A DNA stretch of 64,000 bases from Octopus vulgaris (Eukaryota). Shown piece after piece: positions 27,157 through 41,207 of this stretch. How positions within the stretch are numbered: position 1 is the first letter of the stretch; each line of letters opens with the position of its first letter. The position numbers and the translations under genes are program-made. The DNA is taken from positions 116,064,001 to 116,128,000 of the forward strand of contig OX597815.1 in the NCBI GenBank assembly GCA_951406725.2, given 5' to 3'. The notes beneath the pieces are model-generated. The model saw only the letters and a list, made by a program, of their open reading frames with translations, did not search any database and was not told the DNA's origin.

Positions 27157-28533
27157 GTAAGTATCTGGAAATATTTATGTGAGCATATTTTATGAATATA
27201 TTCTTTTGATTTTCATATGTGTAAAATCCTTTATAGAAACAAGCCTATAAATGAAACATCTATTTGAGAGTTGGGTTGAAATAATTATAAATATTTACCA
27301 AAGCAATGTAATTGAATGGAATAACAATTATTTCTATAATCAATATATAGTTTAGATGGAAACAACTGTTTTGGTCTTTGTAATATTTAGGTGTCTGTGA
27401 AGAAGTTACCCTGACGTCAGACATTTTTATGTAGAAAAGAGGAAATGTATAAACAAGCTGCTCCAAATTCAACTTCAATCTGAGAGAATGTCAAATTCAG
27501 GAATAAGTTCTATGATGATTAGATCGATGTGTTGTATGAATAGAAATGCAAAAGATGAGACATAATCTAATTATTGTGATAATTCATTTCAGAAGATGAG
27601 ATACATAACTGTTGCATTTACCAGTCAAATGCTGATGTTAATGGTATTTGACTAACCTCCTCCTTTCAAAATTGCTAGTCTTTGGTGACAATCAGAAACA
27701 ATTCTTTTGTTGCACATTAAATCTTTGTAAATGCATTTCTCTTTGATCAGTATGTATATTCACATATGGAGCGTATATCTGTATATATTTTAACATTTTA
27801 TTCTAACAATTTTGTAATTTTAAAACATTATTTTAGATCGCTTTATAGTTGGACTATTTACTGCATACAAATTTTAAAAATATATTGTTAAAGGGGAATA
27901 ACTCTAAAGCTACTAAATATAAGGGAGATAATTTTATGCAGTTTTGAAAATTTTGACGTTTCGTTTCGATCATCTTTTTCCTTTCCTTTCTCTTAATCTT
28001 AACTTTCTGGATCAGAAATGTTGATACTGTTGAGTACTATTTTAATCATGGTGTAATTTTGTCGAGTCTTTCTAAAGTGTGATAAAGAGGATGGTCTTTT
28101 TATGGATGCATTTTGTAATTGTTTTATTATTGATACTGGTCTGTGAAAAATAAAACAAAATCCTATTTTATTTGATTGCATATTAAACGGTATGTTACAA
28201 TGTATGTCCTATATGTTCTAAATTAAGCTTTTAGCTATACAGACGATGTTTGCTCTGTGATTTAGAAAGTATGGAAGCAACTCTTTAACCTAGGTCAGCA
28301 TAAAATAAATCTTAAACCATGATAAATCATAGCTTTTCAAATACTTTTTGTGTTAGAAATCGGGTAGTTTATTAGCAGTAATTGTTAAGTACATATTTTG
28401 AGGGGAATTTGGTAAGTTTAATTATTATTAAGTAAACAAAATGCAGGTTGATAAAACAGTAATTGTTATCATTCAAATATATTGTATGAGAATTTATTAA
28501 ATTCATAAAAATGTTTTTTTTCTTTTTGTTTAG

Positions 28534-28645
28534 AAACTTGAAGACCCAATTGAACGTCGAGTAGATTCAACAAGAGTTGATGCTGAAGACCTTGTAGAAG
28601 AACTTATAAAAGGAACAGATCTACGCCTTGATGACAGTGAAGAAC
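28534..28645 (+). CDS. FAM102A: EEIG1/FAM102A-family protein, penultimate exon
   Basis: Encodes KLEDPIERRVDSTRVDAEDLVEELIKGTDLRLDDSEE, matching the conserved VDxTRxDAxxxVE motif. tttAG acceptor and GTAAGA donor. Confidence 0.9.
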
Positions 28646-29368
28646 GTAAGATATAGTTTTTCTAACTATTAAAACAATTTATATACCATGTGTTTTCTAC
28701 ATATATTTGATGAATGAGATTTACATTTCTTTATTTATACATATGTTCTTTTTGCTTTTTCTTGGAATTGAGAACTAGTTGTTTAGCCCCTGTCAGTTCT
28801 GATGGAATGGACCTGATCAAAGGTGTTTCAGCCAGGATCATTCTTTCATTTTGTGTATCCGATTATATTGTCTAATATGATTAAATATTTTTAAGAAGGT
28901 AGAATATAATGTGAGGAATATTTGGATGCTATTTCTTGTATGTTAAGCAGCTATGGTTTTTATCAAATACGGTGGATATGAATCAAAACTCTTAAACTGT
29001 GTTACATCAGTTGGTGGTCAATACAAACAAATCTTGTACTTTGCTGTCGACTGTGTTCCTAATTTCAGAGAGAGGATTAAGATGATGATTGTGTTACTAT
29101 AGAAGAATATTTTGCAGAAATATTTGAAAATTTAACTCGTGATAAATAAACTGAAGTATTTTTATAAATAACAAGGAAGCTTAAAGATTTTGTATCTCTT
29201 AAGTTTGAAAATTTGGATGACTGTGTTAGATTAGAGGTGTTACTATGTAATTATGGAGTCTTGTATGTTAATAACCGAAGAGACCCTATGAAGAGAAAAG
29301 GAGTTCCTGTATTACGCTGCTTGGGGAGAAAATGTTTTATAATGATTTCTATAAAATTTTTGTAGTAT

Positions 29369-29705
29369 AGATGCAGGTATGGCTATGTTGTTCAGAAGCT
29401 TCTTTTGCAACCATGTGGTTTTGGGTTTAGTTCCACTACACAACACCTTGGGCAAATGTCTTCTACTACAGTCTCAGGTTGATCAATCCCTTGTGTGTGT
29501 TTGTGTGTGTAATGTGTCAGTGTCTCTGCCTCTACTTCCACTGTTTGATAACTGGTGTTTGTGTACATTGCCTTAGATTTGTGGTTGGGCAAAAAGTACC
29601 AAACTTTAAAAAAACAAGTTTTGGAGTTGATTTGTTTGACTGAACCCTTCAAGGTGGTGCTCCAGCATGACCACACTTCAATAACTGAAACAAGTAGAAG
29701 GTAAA
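29369..29705 (+). mobile_element. tRNA-derived SINE, family A
   Basis: Colinear with the copy at 22814-23222. Confidence 0.7.
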
Positions 29706-30202
29706 AAACATATGATGTGGAGATGTTAGGATCATAGGTTATTAGATCAGTAGATGTAGAAGAAAGATGCATTTCAATAATTGTCTTCGGTATGAATTGT
29801 GCTAATAAGTATATCACAACTTTTTGTTAATTATAATTATATTTGTGGATAAATATTGAGGATACACTATTTTGAATATATAATTGTATTCCATAATCTT
29901 TTACATGTTGCACATTTGTTTTTTTTCATAGGATATCATTAGATAATTTGGTTTGCAAATGTATGGGGTAAGAGTACTTGCAATGTTAGTCTGTAAATAG
30001 ATGGATAGTTGTCTGATTTGGAACTGTGTAGTGTTTCAGCTTATTTCAATTAAACTTAGAAAATGACTGAGTTACCATGTGTAGAGATTTACAGTGGGTA
30101 ATTATACTGTCTAGACTGTTTGTATTAAATAAAAAGAAAAAGAGCCAGTAGAACAGCATGGTGTTACACATGTAAGTGTATATATGGTTGGAGGTGATAC
30201 TT

Positions 30203-30573
30203 ATTTTACCTTTTATCTTTTGCTTGCTTCAGTCTATGGACTGTGACCATGCTGGGGTATTGCCTTGAAGTGTTTAGTTGAACAATTAGACCCCTGTCCC
30301 TTTTTTTAGCATGGTACATGTTCTATTAGTGTTTTTTGCGAAACCACTAAGTTACAGGGGCATAAACAAACCAACACTGGTTGTCAAGCCGTGGGGCAGG
30401 GACAAACACAAAGACACACACACAGTGAGCTTCCACACAGTTCATTGACTAAATTCACTCGCAAGATATTGTTTGGCATGGGACTATAGTAGAAGACACT
30501 TGTCCAAGATGCCATACTGCGAGACTGAAACTGAAAATGAATGGTTGCAAAGCAAACTTCTTAACCACGCAGC
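30203..30573 (-). mobile_element. tRNA-derived SINE, family A
   Basis: Colinear with the copy at 9886-10330. Confidence 0.7.
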
Positions 30574-32757
30574 TAAGAAATCATTTATGTGAAAGACAAT
30601 GAGAAAATAAATGAATGGGTTTTACTCTCTGATTAATGTTCTGTCAGCAAGTGCTGTGCCATAGGAAATTATATCATTGGTTAATCTCTAATTGTACAGT
30701 ATTTTAAATATATGAACATTTAACTTGATGTACAAGCATATAGGATACTCCATTAATGCTAAACTGTGGACTCAAGAAAATACTGAAATAATCTGAAATT
30801 CACTTATATAAATTTATAGTGAACATTTTGTAGATTTTTTTCATAAAATACGAACGGTGGTGCCCCAGCATGGTCACGACCTTCGGGCTAAAATATTTTT
30901 AAGGATTTAAGGATTTAAAAAAGAAAAGAAAACATTGTTTATATGAAGGGGAATACAAATAAATATGAACTGCTATATAAATGAGGACTTCACATGTCTA
31001 ATCACTTGTTGCAGCTTCTTCTCATTCTCTTCTGTATTGTATTCCTTAAACTCTACCATAAATAGCTTTTCCCAGTCTTTCTTTCCCACTGCAAAATTTC
31101 CCTGGAGTTTTATAGCCACTGCTTCAATATTTTTTATAGTCATCAATCTATGGATCTTTAAGCATCTATTTCATTTGCCTTGAAGGGTTTGCAAAGGTCA
31201 TAGTTGCAACTGCTCCTCTTTCAATTAAACAGATGGAAATTAAAACAAACTAAAGCAAATTCAGTAATAAGCCTTGAGTTTACATTGAATTTGAAACTAT
31301 CCCACAGACAATAATCAAATTTTCTTGAAGTCTTCTAGAATTTTGGTGAAGCATGCATAAAATAGTTTTTTGATTTTTTTTTCTTTTGATTTTTTTTCTT
31401 CTAAGCAATCTGGAATTGTGGAAATAGGTTTTCTATGCTGAATGTGCCGAAGAAAAAAAGGGAAAGAACATATTTAATTTGTAATATCTACCCAAATATT
31501 AGAGCAGTTTGAGATTTGACTCCCCTAGTATACTAAAATTCCTTCATCGAAAACGTTTTTAAAAATGAATAATCGAGTACGACCTATACTGGTGTAGAAA
31601 GCAGACGTTAAAAAGTGATGATCTTTGTGAGAGTATTTCACCTGATCCTTGAGAATGTAATGAGGTAGTTTCATAATATATTAAACCTTCAGTATGTTAA
31701 GCTATTCTTAAAAGTGGCTACAGTTTTTGTTTCTACACTTGAAAACTACCTCATATTTAATGATCTTCGATACTCATGTCATTCTAGCACATGGGGTCCT
31801 CTGCCAGTCAAGTTTGTACATACGCAAGCTTGTGCAGGCCTGTGTGAGATTTTGTTGGGGGAAAGACTAGCAGTTGACCATGCATGCCAGTCTCCCCTCT
31901 GCACATTTCTGACACTCACCCAAAGGAAAAGTCACCAACTTGGGTTGTTGTTGCTTGGCATTACCATTGGCATGCTAATACTTTATCATTACCTACTTTG
32001 AAAGGATGAAATTCATCTTGATAGGATTTAAGCATGGAGAGCTGGAACCAATACTATGAGGACTTCTGACTAATGCTCTGACAACTCTATCAATTCACCA
32101 TCTTACTTACACACAGTGTATCTCTCACATACACACACAGAGATGTCATATCATCAGAGCTCTTAACTCCAAACACTACCCTGAGATTCTACATACAGGG
32201 AAACCTCTATGTATTTACTCAGCATACTAGAAATATCTACTAAATATTTTCAAATCACACCATATTAAAAGAAGAAAGGCCATATTAGATATTAAAGCTA
32301 TAGACTCTTCTAAAGAAGACATAATGATGACAGCTGGAATTCTTTTCATCATAAGTCACCTGCATCAAAATTGACCTGTGGCTAAATAGCAGGAGAGTTG
32401 TACAGAATTAGACTGGACAGTGGGACAATAACCTCTTTTCTAGACTGCAACATTGCACTGCCACTACATGTTAACATGTGCAGTGTAGTCCTCAACCAGA
32501 TGAAAGTATGATACATCTGGTGCTCTGAATGTGTGGTATGATTAACTTCATGTTGCAGGTCTTCTTGTTGACACAGCCTTGGACTACATAGCAACGACAA
32601 GCTTATTATATTTGGTAAAGTTTTCATGGGGAAATATGAAGCTTAATTCACACAATATATATTCATAGTTTAAAACATTGGTTAAATTTTATATCAATAT
32701 CTTTTCCATCAACTGCTATTGAACCTATGCTAATATCTAATGTTTCTCTCTTTTCAG

Positions 32758-32810
32758 GATCTGGGCTTCAATTGTTTATTGATACAGATGGAAAGACTGC
32801 CTTGCGTTGA
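32758..32810 (+). CDS. FAM102A: EEIG1/FAM102A-family protein, last coding exon
   Basis: ttttcAG acceptor in phase 1. Encodes SGLQLFIDTDGKTALR-stop, matching the family C-terminal LxLFxxxDG motif. Confidence 0.88.
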
Positions 32811-34589
32811 AAATGATGATGGTGATTTTGCATCGATACGATCCAATTGCCTTCTTGGGGATTTGTAAATGGGTCTCTTTTGGTGGGAATATTGGGATTT
32901 CTGCAGCAGTTGCTTCCTGGTTGTCTTTTGATATTTAAACCTATCACCACAATGCTGGTCATGTGGAGAAAACCTTTCTGTTCTTCAAAACTTCTGAACT
33001 ATTGTCCTACCTTTAGACTTTGCCTGTCAGTCTATCTATCAATTTGTTTCCAATGCAAATTTTTTTTTTGTCTGTAAAATTTCAAACACAGATAAATGTG
33101 GTAGAAAGTTAAAAATAATCCCTTTGTAGAGACAACTTTAACTAGATTTCCCATGGCTCCTCTGGAAAGTAAACATAGACTATGAAAATTTAAGTTCGGT
33201 CTACTTCTCTATCTCTTCCCTCCTCTTTCTGTCTCATGTCTATCTGTTTCTTACTGTCTTTTTCTATCCATGCTCTCTTTTTCTCTCTAGCCTGATCAGT
33301 CTTTTCCTTTCACTCCCTTTCCATATATCTCCCTATCACCCTCAGTATCTATATATTCTGCTCTGTAGTTATATTTCTCTCTCATTATATATTCCCCATC
33401 ACTCTCTATCTTTCTGCATGTTCATCTACTTATCCTATTCAGCTATCTATCTGTTCATCTATCAGTTAATCTATCCCTATTAATCTTTGTCTAAATCTCT
33501 TCATTTTTATATTCACCTCTAGCCATCTCTCAATCCAACTACATGCGTGTGCTTGTGCACACGCACATACACACACACATCATACATCACACCTTACAGT
33601 AATTTAAAGCTGTATGTCTTATTAGATTGCTGAAATATCACTCCACCTTTTATTTTTTGATATAGAATAACTCTCAACTTTAGATGTTATAGTGCCTATA
33701 CTTCTTTTTCTTCATATCACCTACCATCACATTCTGAATGGTTAGCTGCTCAATCCCATTTCAGCGAAATCTTACATGCAAGCCATTCCCATGGGAAGTC
33801 TGTTATCTGCTTTTCTCTCTTTCATATTATCTTTGTCATAACTCTACCTCCAATCTTATGAAATGCATTGGTACTTTTATTATAAAATTTCCTTTCAATA
33901 GAATACTTGATAAAGAAAAAAAAATCAATATGCAAGAAGAAAAAAAGAGTATACTGATTTATTTACAATTGTGTATATATTTTTTTTAAAAATCTTTTTT
34001 AACATTTTTCTTTATAAACCCCATTACTTATTTGATATTATTTAAGGGATACTGTGGAAACAGACAAATGTTTTGAGGCATATCTATGCCTATAATGAAG
34101 GTCTTGTCATAAGATCTGTTTTTCCATTATTTTTTTTCCTTTTTATTTTTTAAACTTGAAAAAAATTTTTATTTTGGTACAGTAGCTGTAGATATTAGAA
34201 GTACTAGACTGAGGTATTTAAAGACATTTACTCCATACCAGTTTTCTTACATGCTGTGTATCATCACTGCTGTTGGATTAATCTTGTGGTAGTAATTGAA
34301 CTTATCAATTCTGAGTTTAAAAAAAAAAAATTATTTTATCTTTTTTTTCCTCAAATTTAAATATCTCGGCTCGAAATCATATGTTAGAACAACAATAGCC
34401 TCCTAACCTGTGATTTACAGAAAAAAAAAAGTTTTATTTTAATAAAAAGCAATCAGTTACTATATTGTGCAGAATCGGTTTGCATTCCAAGGAAGCTTTT
34501 TATCAAAATGAATGAAAATTTGGAAATATATTTTTTCTAATCTTAAATTTGCATATCATTTGCTTTATTCTTTTTAGTTTTCTTTCATT

Positions 34590-34870
34590 CACACATGTAC
34601 ACACACACGCCCGTGCGTGCACGCACACGCACATGCACACGCACACACACACACACACTTTTCTGTGTATATATGTACTCATCTATCTGTCTATAATGGC
34701 ACAGACACACACATACTTGTATGTATTCATGTGTGTATATATGTATTTATGTGCATCTGTCTATATATACATATGCATCTATGTTTATATATATAATGTA
34801 TATATGCATCTGTGTATATATTTATATAATGTACATATATGTATCTGTGTGTGTGTGTGTATATATATAT

Positions 34871-34904
<34 letters not shown>

Positions 34905-34979
34905 GCATCTGTGTGTGTATATATATATATATATATGCATCTGTGTATATATATATATATATATGCATCTATGTGTGTG

Positions 34980-35016
<37 letters not shown>

Positions 35017-35033
35017 ATATGCATCTATGTGTG

Positions 35034-35097
<64 letters not shown>

Positions 35098-35272
35098 CAT
35101 ATATATGTGTGTGTATATATATGTGTGTGTGTGTGTGTGTATATATGTGTGTGTGTGTGTGTGTGTGTATATGCATCTATGTGTGTGTGTGTGTGTGTGT
35201 GTGTATGCATATATATGTGTGTGTGTGTGTGTGTATGCATATATATGTGTGTATATATATACACACATACAT
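34590..35272. repeat. Compound (CA)/(TG)/(TA) microsatellite with recurring GCATCT spacer
   Basis: Directly visible; accounts for the low-complexity ORFs called here. Confidence 0.95.
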
Positions 35273-35719
35273 AAACATTAAATTGTATTATAGTTAAGAT
35301 TTTTATGTAAATTGAAACTGATATTTTGAAGGTGAATTTGTGAAAATCGTGTGGAATCAAATATAAGTGTGTGCATATGGATGTTGAGTGTATGTACAAC
35401 TTTTATTCAGTCAACAAAATAATTGAACTTTAACTAAGTGACATGACTTTTGTTGCTCATGCAACAACTTCAGTTAAATGCTGAAATTTTGAAAAGTTTT
35501 CAATATTTTAATTGTGCCACAAATCAATTGAATTTAGATTTGGGTGTCATCCATTTCTGCTTCCAGCTTCTTAAAACATCTATTTATATTTATCTCTGTG
35601 TGGATATGTGTGTAAATGTGTTTCTCATATGTTTGATCCATACCAGCATGGAAAACAGACATTAAATGATGATGATGATGATGATTTGTATCTTTATTTA
35701 TGTTTATTGCATATGTGTA

Positions 35720-35763
<44 letters not shown>

Positions 35764-36338
35764 TATATGATGTATGTATTTGATTTGAATGTAATGTGTG
35801 ATTCATTGTGGGAGAGTGGATTAATGTCTTGTTTGTTAATTCATGATTTTGAATGCAAGCGTGTAAATAGTAACGTTAAGACCATTTATTTAAAAATCTT
35901 TTTTTTAATATTTCAAACGCCACATACACACCTATACAGAGTTGTCTCCCCTACCAGAAATATTACTGTTGCTCAGCTTTTGGAGTAAATAGTATTTTGA
36001 CTTTTCTCAATTAGTTTATATTTTTTAATTTTAAAATATAATGCAAAATGAAAAGGAGAAAAACGCAAATGAACTTCGAAAGACAGAGATATGGAAAGAA
36101 AAAAAGAATCTTTAAACGTTCATGTAAATCTTTGTGTGAATAATTTCTTTGTGTTGTCTCACATACAAAGTCTGTTTGCCTTCCTGTCTTTGAATCTGTT
36201 GATCATACAAATAGAACTACATTCACTTAACATAAGTTATATAGTCATGGAATTTGTTTATACTCACGTGTGTGTGTATGTATATGTGTGCATGTACGTG
36301 AGTATATGTGTATATGTATGCATGTACATGTGTGTGTG

Positions 36339-36369
<31 letters not shown>

Positions 36370-36370
36370 T

Positions 36371-37490
36371 AGGCAAATAAGAAAATGGAGAGGATATAAA
36401 ATCGACAAACATCAGCCAGTAAACATACCATTATATCTATTTATTAAATGATAACAAACATGTGTTTTAGTGGTATAAGTACTATGCATAGGAGTATTGG
36501 GATTAGTTTTTGGCCAATAAGTTGCAAATATTAACATTGCACTAAGGTTTTACCCAGTTTTTCTTTCATTAATGTACTTATGTATTAATTTTCCCCTAAC
36601 AGGTTCAATTTAAGTTATTACAGTCAACTCCTTTAATATTGTTATATCTATTAGTGTCTAACCTCTAACCCCTGACCCATGTAGTATGGACCATACCATT
36701 AGACCCACCGCATAGCATACTACCTTCATTATTTCCCTCAGTATAATGGAAACTTGATGTAAACCGCAGCCTATGGATATGTCTCCTGAGAGTGACTTTT
36801 CTTACTTACCACAGGATGGAATACCATGGGTTATAATAACATCTTAGAATGAAGTTCTTACTTTTCTTTACCATGTCTATTACATTACATCATTTTAAAA
36901 ATTTTTACCTATTTTACTCTATCTTATCCTATTTACCCTACTTTATTATTCTAACTGAATTTCCCACATGTTAGTTTCCTAACATTTGTACTCTATGAAG
37001 AAGCCATGAGGCTCAACTATTACCCAATTTCTGTCCAATGTTTGTTCATCCCTGTATACCACTGGAATGATGAGGATGACTGAGGCCTCATGGTAGAAAT
37101 GGTCATAAGTGATTTGTATCTGTACATTCCTCTATTATTATTATTATTCATTCATTCATCTCTCTCTTTCTATATATCTGTTTACATATTTATTGGCTGA
37201 TCTCATTCGTTTACTTGTACCACTTAAACACTTGTTTATTATCATTTAATAAATAGATATAATGGGATGTTCACAGGCTGATGTTTGTTGATTTTATATC
37301 CTCTCCATTTTCTTATTTGTCTTATAAATCCTGGGTAAATTTCCAATTTAACCCCACCCATACCTAGTATTCAATTGCGATATTGCCAAGCAATAGTAAG
37401 CACTAGGTTAAAAATACGTAGGTACACATCCAGTAGTATAATGGATATTTAATATCCCTTGGATGGTTTATTAACCTCTAACTCATACAG
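36371..37490 (+). mobile_element. Probable Penelope-like element remnant with internal inverted repeat and decayed hammerhead
   Basis: 36371-36417 is inverted at about 37276-37322; hammerhead-like motif at 36990-37110; flanked by (TA)n and (TG)n. Confidence 0.45.
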
Positions 37491-39234
37491 ACGTGTGTGT
37501 GTGTGTGTGTGTGTGTGAAGTCTTATGGACAGAAGTGCACATAAAATGCATATACTGGTCTAAGAATGTGTGCACAAAGTCTACAAATCTTTTATGTTAT
37601 TTAAAGTATTCAAGCCAGTTTTTGTCATAACTGACTGAATAAACCTCACAGCTAAATATCTTCGGTAACTATGTATAAAGGAAACGAAATCTGAAAATAA
37701 TCTTTGAAAGTTGATTTCTGGTTTAGTTTAATTGAGGTAACAGAAATATTTGTTGTGTTCTTGTTAATTTGATTTGATTTTTTTTTTTTAATGAAGAACA
37801 TATATTTTCTAGACATAAGGATATGTAACTGACACTTAAAGTGAGAGAAAAGGAGAATTAAATGACATTGTTTTGGTTATATAAGCTTGTCCTTAAAGAA
37901 ATTGTTGTAATATTTCTGATACTGGAAAATATTGGTGGGGAAAATTGTAATATTTATGATATTGGAAAATATTGATGGAGAGCCCGGTACCATTAATTTA
38001 GTTATTCAGAAAATAAAATATAAAATGTGAATCAAATTTTTATTCATTAAAAAGAAAAAGAAAAAGAAAAAAAAATACATTGATATGATTGCAGCTGCAC
38101 TAAACTAAAGGTGGTATTTGGTTCTGAAATCTGATTGTTGTAAGCTCTATGGATGAAGGATGATATTTGTCAGTTGCTAACTTATGATACTAGAGCATTT
38201 CTGGGGGTTTTTTCCCCTCTCTAATGGGAAATTAATAATGTTAATAGAGAAATAATAATATTAAAAATAATGTAAAATCTTGCGTGAATCTTAGAATTCT
38301 CCCACTAAATACATAGCTAAGATATATGTGTATGTATACATATAGATACAAATGCATGTATGTATTTCTTATATATGTTTTATATGTGTGTATGTACACA
38401 CATGCACGTCTTTGTGTGTGTGTGTCGGTGTACACATACACACACACCTAAATTTATGTACACATACACAAGTGCATGTATGTATATATGTTGTCTTATA
38501 TATGCTTAATATATTGGATATGTATGTATCTCTATATATACACACACACGCTCAGTGTCAGCTGAGATAGTGTACAAAGTTTTAAGCTATGTTTTATTAT
38601 GAAATTCATTTTAATATAACAAAGTATATGGGAAGATTAAAATGTTTCTAAAACTGGTCGGGGTGAGGAAATTGCATATTTTTCTATTTCATAAGTTTTG
38701 ATTCAGTGGTTAGTGACTTCTGTTATTGCTGATCTTTTTCTTCTTCCTTTGTTATATATACATACACCCACCGCACATACACCTACGATGTTTTTGAACT
38801 GTTGCATGGTAAAAGTTTTTTTTCTTTTTTTAATCTTGATTAGTTACTGTAATGATTGAATTATGAACAAATTTTCCTTCAAATCCCCCATGTTCAAAGA
38901 ATATAAATTATGAGATATATATATTATATTGTAAGAAGGTTAATTTTAACCCTGTAGTTGCAGTGTATGAAGTGTGTATGTATATTATTTGTACATGTGT
39001 AAAAGACATACTCATCTATGTATGTGTATTATTTTCATATAGGTAGCTTTGAGTGTGTTTGTGTAAATGAAATGAATGTGGCGTAAAGAGAAATCTAGTT
39101 ACAGTGAAAAGATAAAATACCTGAAGCATGTGTTGACTGAACCTTCTAATCCCTACAACAGGCTAGAAATTGGTTCTTTCTTTCACGTCATATGTGATTA
39201 ATGTAGAATATTAGGTTTCTATTATGTGTGCACA

Positions 39235-39686
39235 AGGCAGCGAGATGGCAGAATCATTAGCCGACCAAACGAAATGCTTAGCAATATTTCTTCCAGCTTT
39301 TTTCAGGGCAGCAAGCTGGCAGAACCGTTAGCAAGCTGGGCAAAATGCTAAGTGGCATTTTGTCCATTTTTACATTCTGAGTTGAAATTCTGCCAAGGTC
39401 GACTTTACTTTTCGTCCTTTTGGGGTTTATAAAATAAATACCAGTTGAGCACTGGGGTCAATGTATTTGACTTATCCCCTACCCTGAAATTGTTGGCCTT
39501 GTGCCAAAATTTAAAACCAAAACCTCTTCCAGCTTTACATTCTGTGTTCAAATATAAATGAGGTTGACTTGGTCTTTCATCCTTACAGAGTTGGTAAAAG
39601 TTAGTACCAGTTGAACACTGGGTTCAATGTAACAGGCTTATCTCTTCCCTCTAAAACTGCTGGCCTTGTGACAAATATTTGAAACA
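39235..39686 (+). mobile_element. SINE family B, one copy nested inside another
   Basis: Two heads (GGCAGCGAGATGGCAGAATCATTAG and GGCAGCAAGCTGGCAGAACCGTTAG). The inner copy is flanked by the 12-bp direct repeat TCTTCCAGCTTT (39289-39300 and 39525-39536). Confidence 0.8.
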
Positions 39687-41207
39687 ATAAGTGTGTAATC
39701 TTTATGTATAACAAATCACCACTCTTATTTTCTCTAAGGTTATTAAGGGCACTATGTGAAACTTCATATATCATGTAGTGTACATAGAGTATATCCCATT
39801 TGAGATGCCATTCTTGGGAAAATTTTAAAGTGATACTACAAACTCACACATGTCAATTATATTGTGGTGAACAATACTCTCCATTAACACTTGTTTTCAG
39901 TGATGTGAACTGGTCTAATACAAGCTGTTTTATCACTAACTATGATTGTTAAACTTGTTTGCATGTGAGTATAATGTGTGAATGTGGTATATAAGACGAG
40001 TGTGTGTGAGAGTATGGGAGAGAGACATAGTGTATGAGAGACTTTGTAATAGTTCAACATTCTTCAGTTTAGTCCAAATGCCTATATATTTTAAATCGTT
40101 TATAAGAAATAACTGACTAGTAAGTCTAATATTACAAGAAATGTTAACTAGCAATGAACTAATGTAATTTATAAGCAATATGAATATATTAATTAATTTA
40201 CTTATAATAATTAAAATAATAGAGGCAGTATTTAAGTAAAATAGCCATTTATGTATCCTACATAATGTATAAACACTAACCATAAGTATTATCTTAGAAC
40301 AAATACTGCAGTAACTGGCCTATTGACAGAGTATTTCTTAAGTAAGATATATAGATAGCAATTATAATGATAATAATAATGTTTCAACAAATGGATACCA
40401 GGTAAATATTTTCAGCTGATACTAATTTCTAATCACCTACTGCAAACAATCTGTTGGCTCTGAGTTTCAGTTTGTGCGACATTGGGACCACGTTTGTCTT
40501 TTCTCATTGTTAGATCAATGGGATATTTTAGAGTTAGGACCTTTTTACTGAGAAATATACAAAGTATCCATTTGCTCGCTCAGTTACTCACATGCACTTA
40601 CGTACATATGTGTGTAAGCATATACATATGCACATGTGTATAAGCATATGTGCATACAAATGCATGTTAATTATTACCATTAATCAGGAAAATTAGATTG
40701 TTTTAGCCATGGCTGCTATAAAGGCTATGTTGGAGCAAATACCTCTTATAGTTTGTTTTTATATATATTGTTTGTTTGTGTGTGTGTGTGTGTGTGTGTA
40801 TTTGTATTCACTTTTAAAATGGTGATGGTTATTTGTTTTCCATTGTTTGTTGTTGTTTTAATATCTTACACCCTCATATCTTTTAAACTCCAAACTCTAT
40901 AAAAGAAAACTAATAAATAATGTTATAATTTGCAAATTGTTGTTGATTTCTGTTTAATCATTCATATCACAAGTCTTTACAGCTAAGCCAAAATAGATGA
41001 AAATTAAAGTTACATTTGCCAATGAAAGAAAAGTAAAATTAATAATTGTTATTTAAATCATGAAACCTAGCCAAAACTGTTAACCATTACTATTAATCAG
41101 AACAATTAATCTCCCTTGTTAATTGTTGCAGTTTTAACCCAGCATCGCTTTTATGTATTCCACATTTTATTTCTTATAATGAGCATATAATTATTATTAT
41201 TATTACT

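Noticed and set aside
27945-27980. Minus-strand GATGA-tcgaaac-GAAACGTC motif
   Set aside because: Lacks the CT of the core and has no proper stem II.
34549-35399. Multiple long ORFs rich in C/V/Y/I/H/T
   Set aside because: Translations of a dinucleotide microsatellite.
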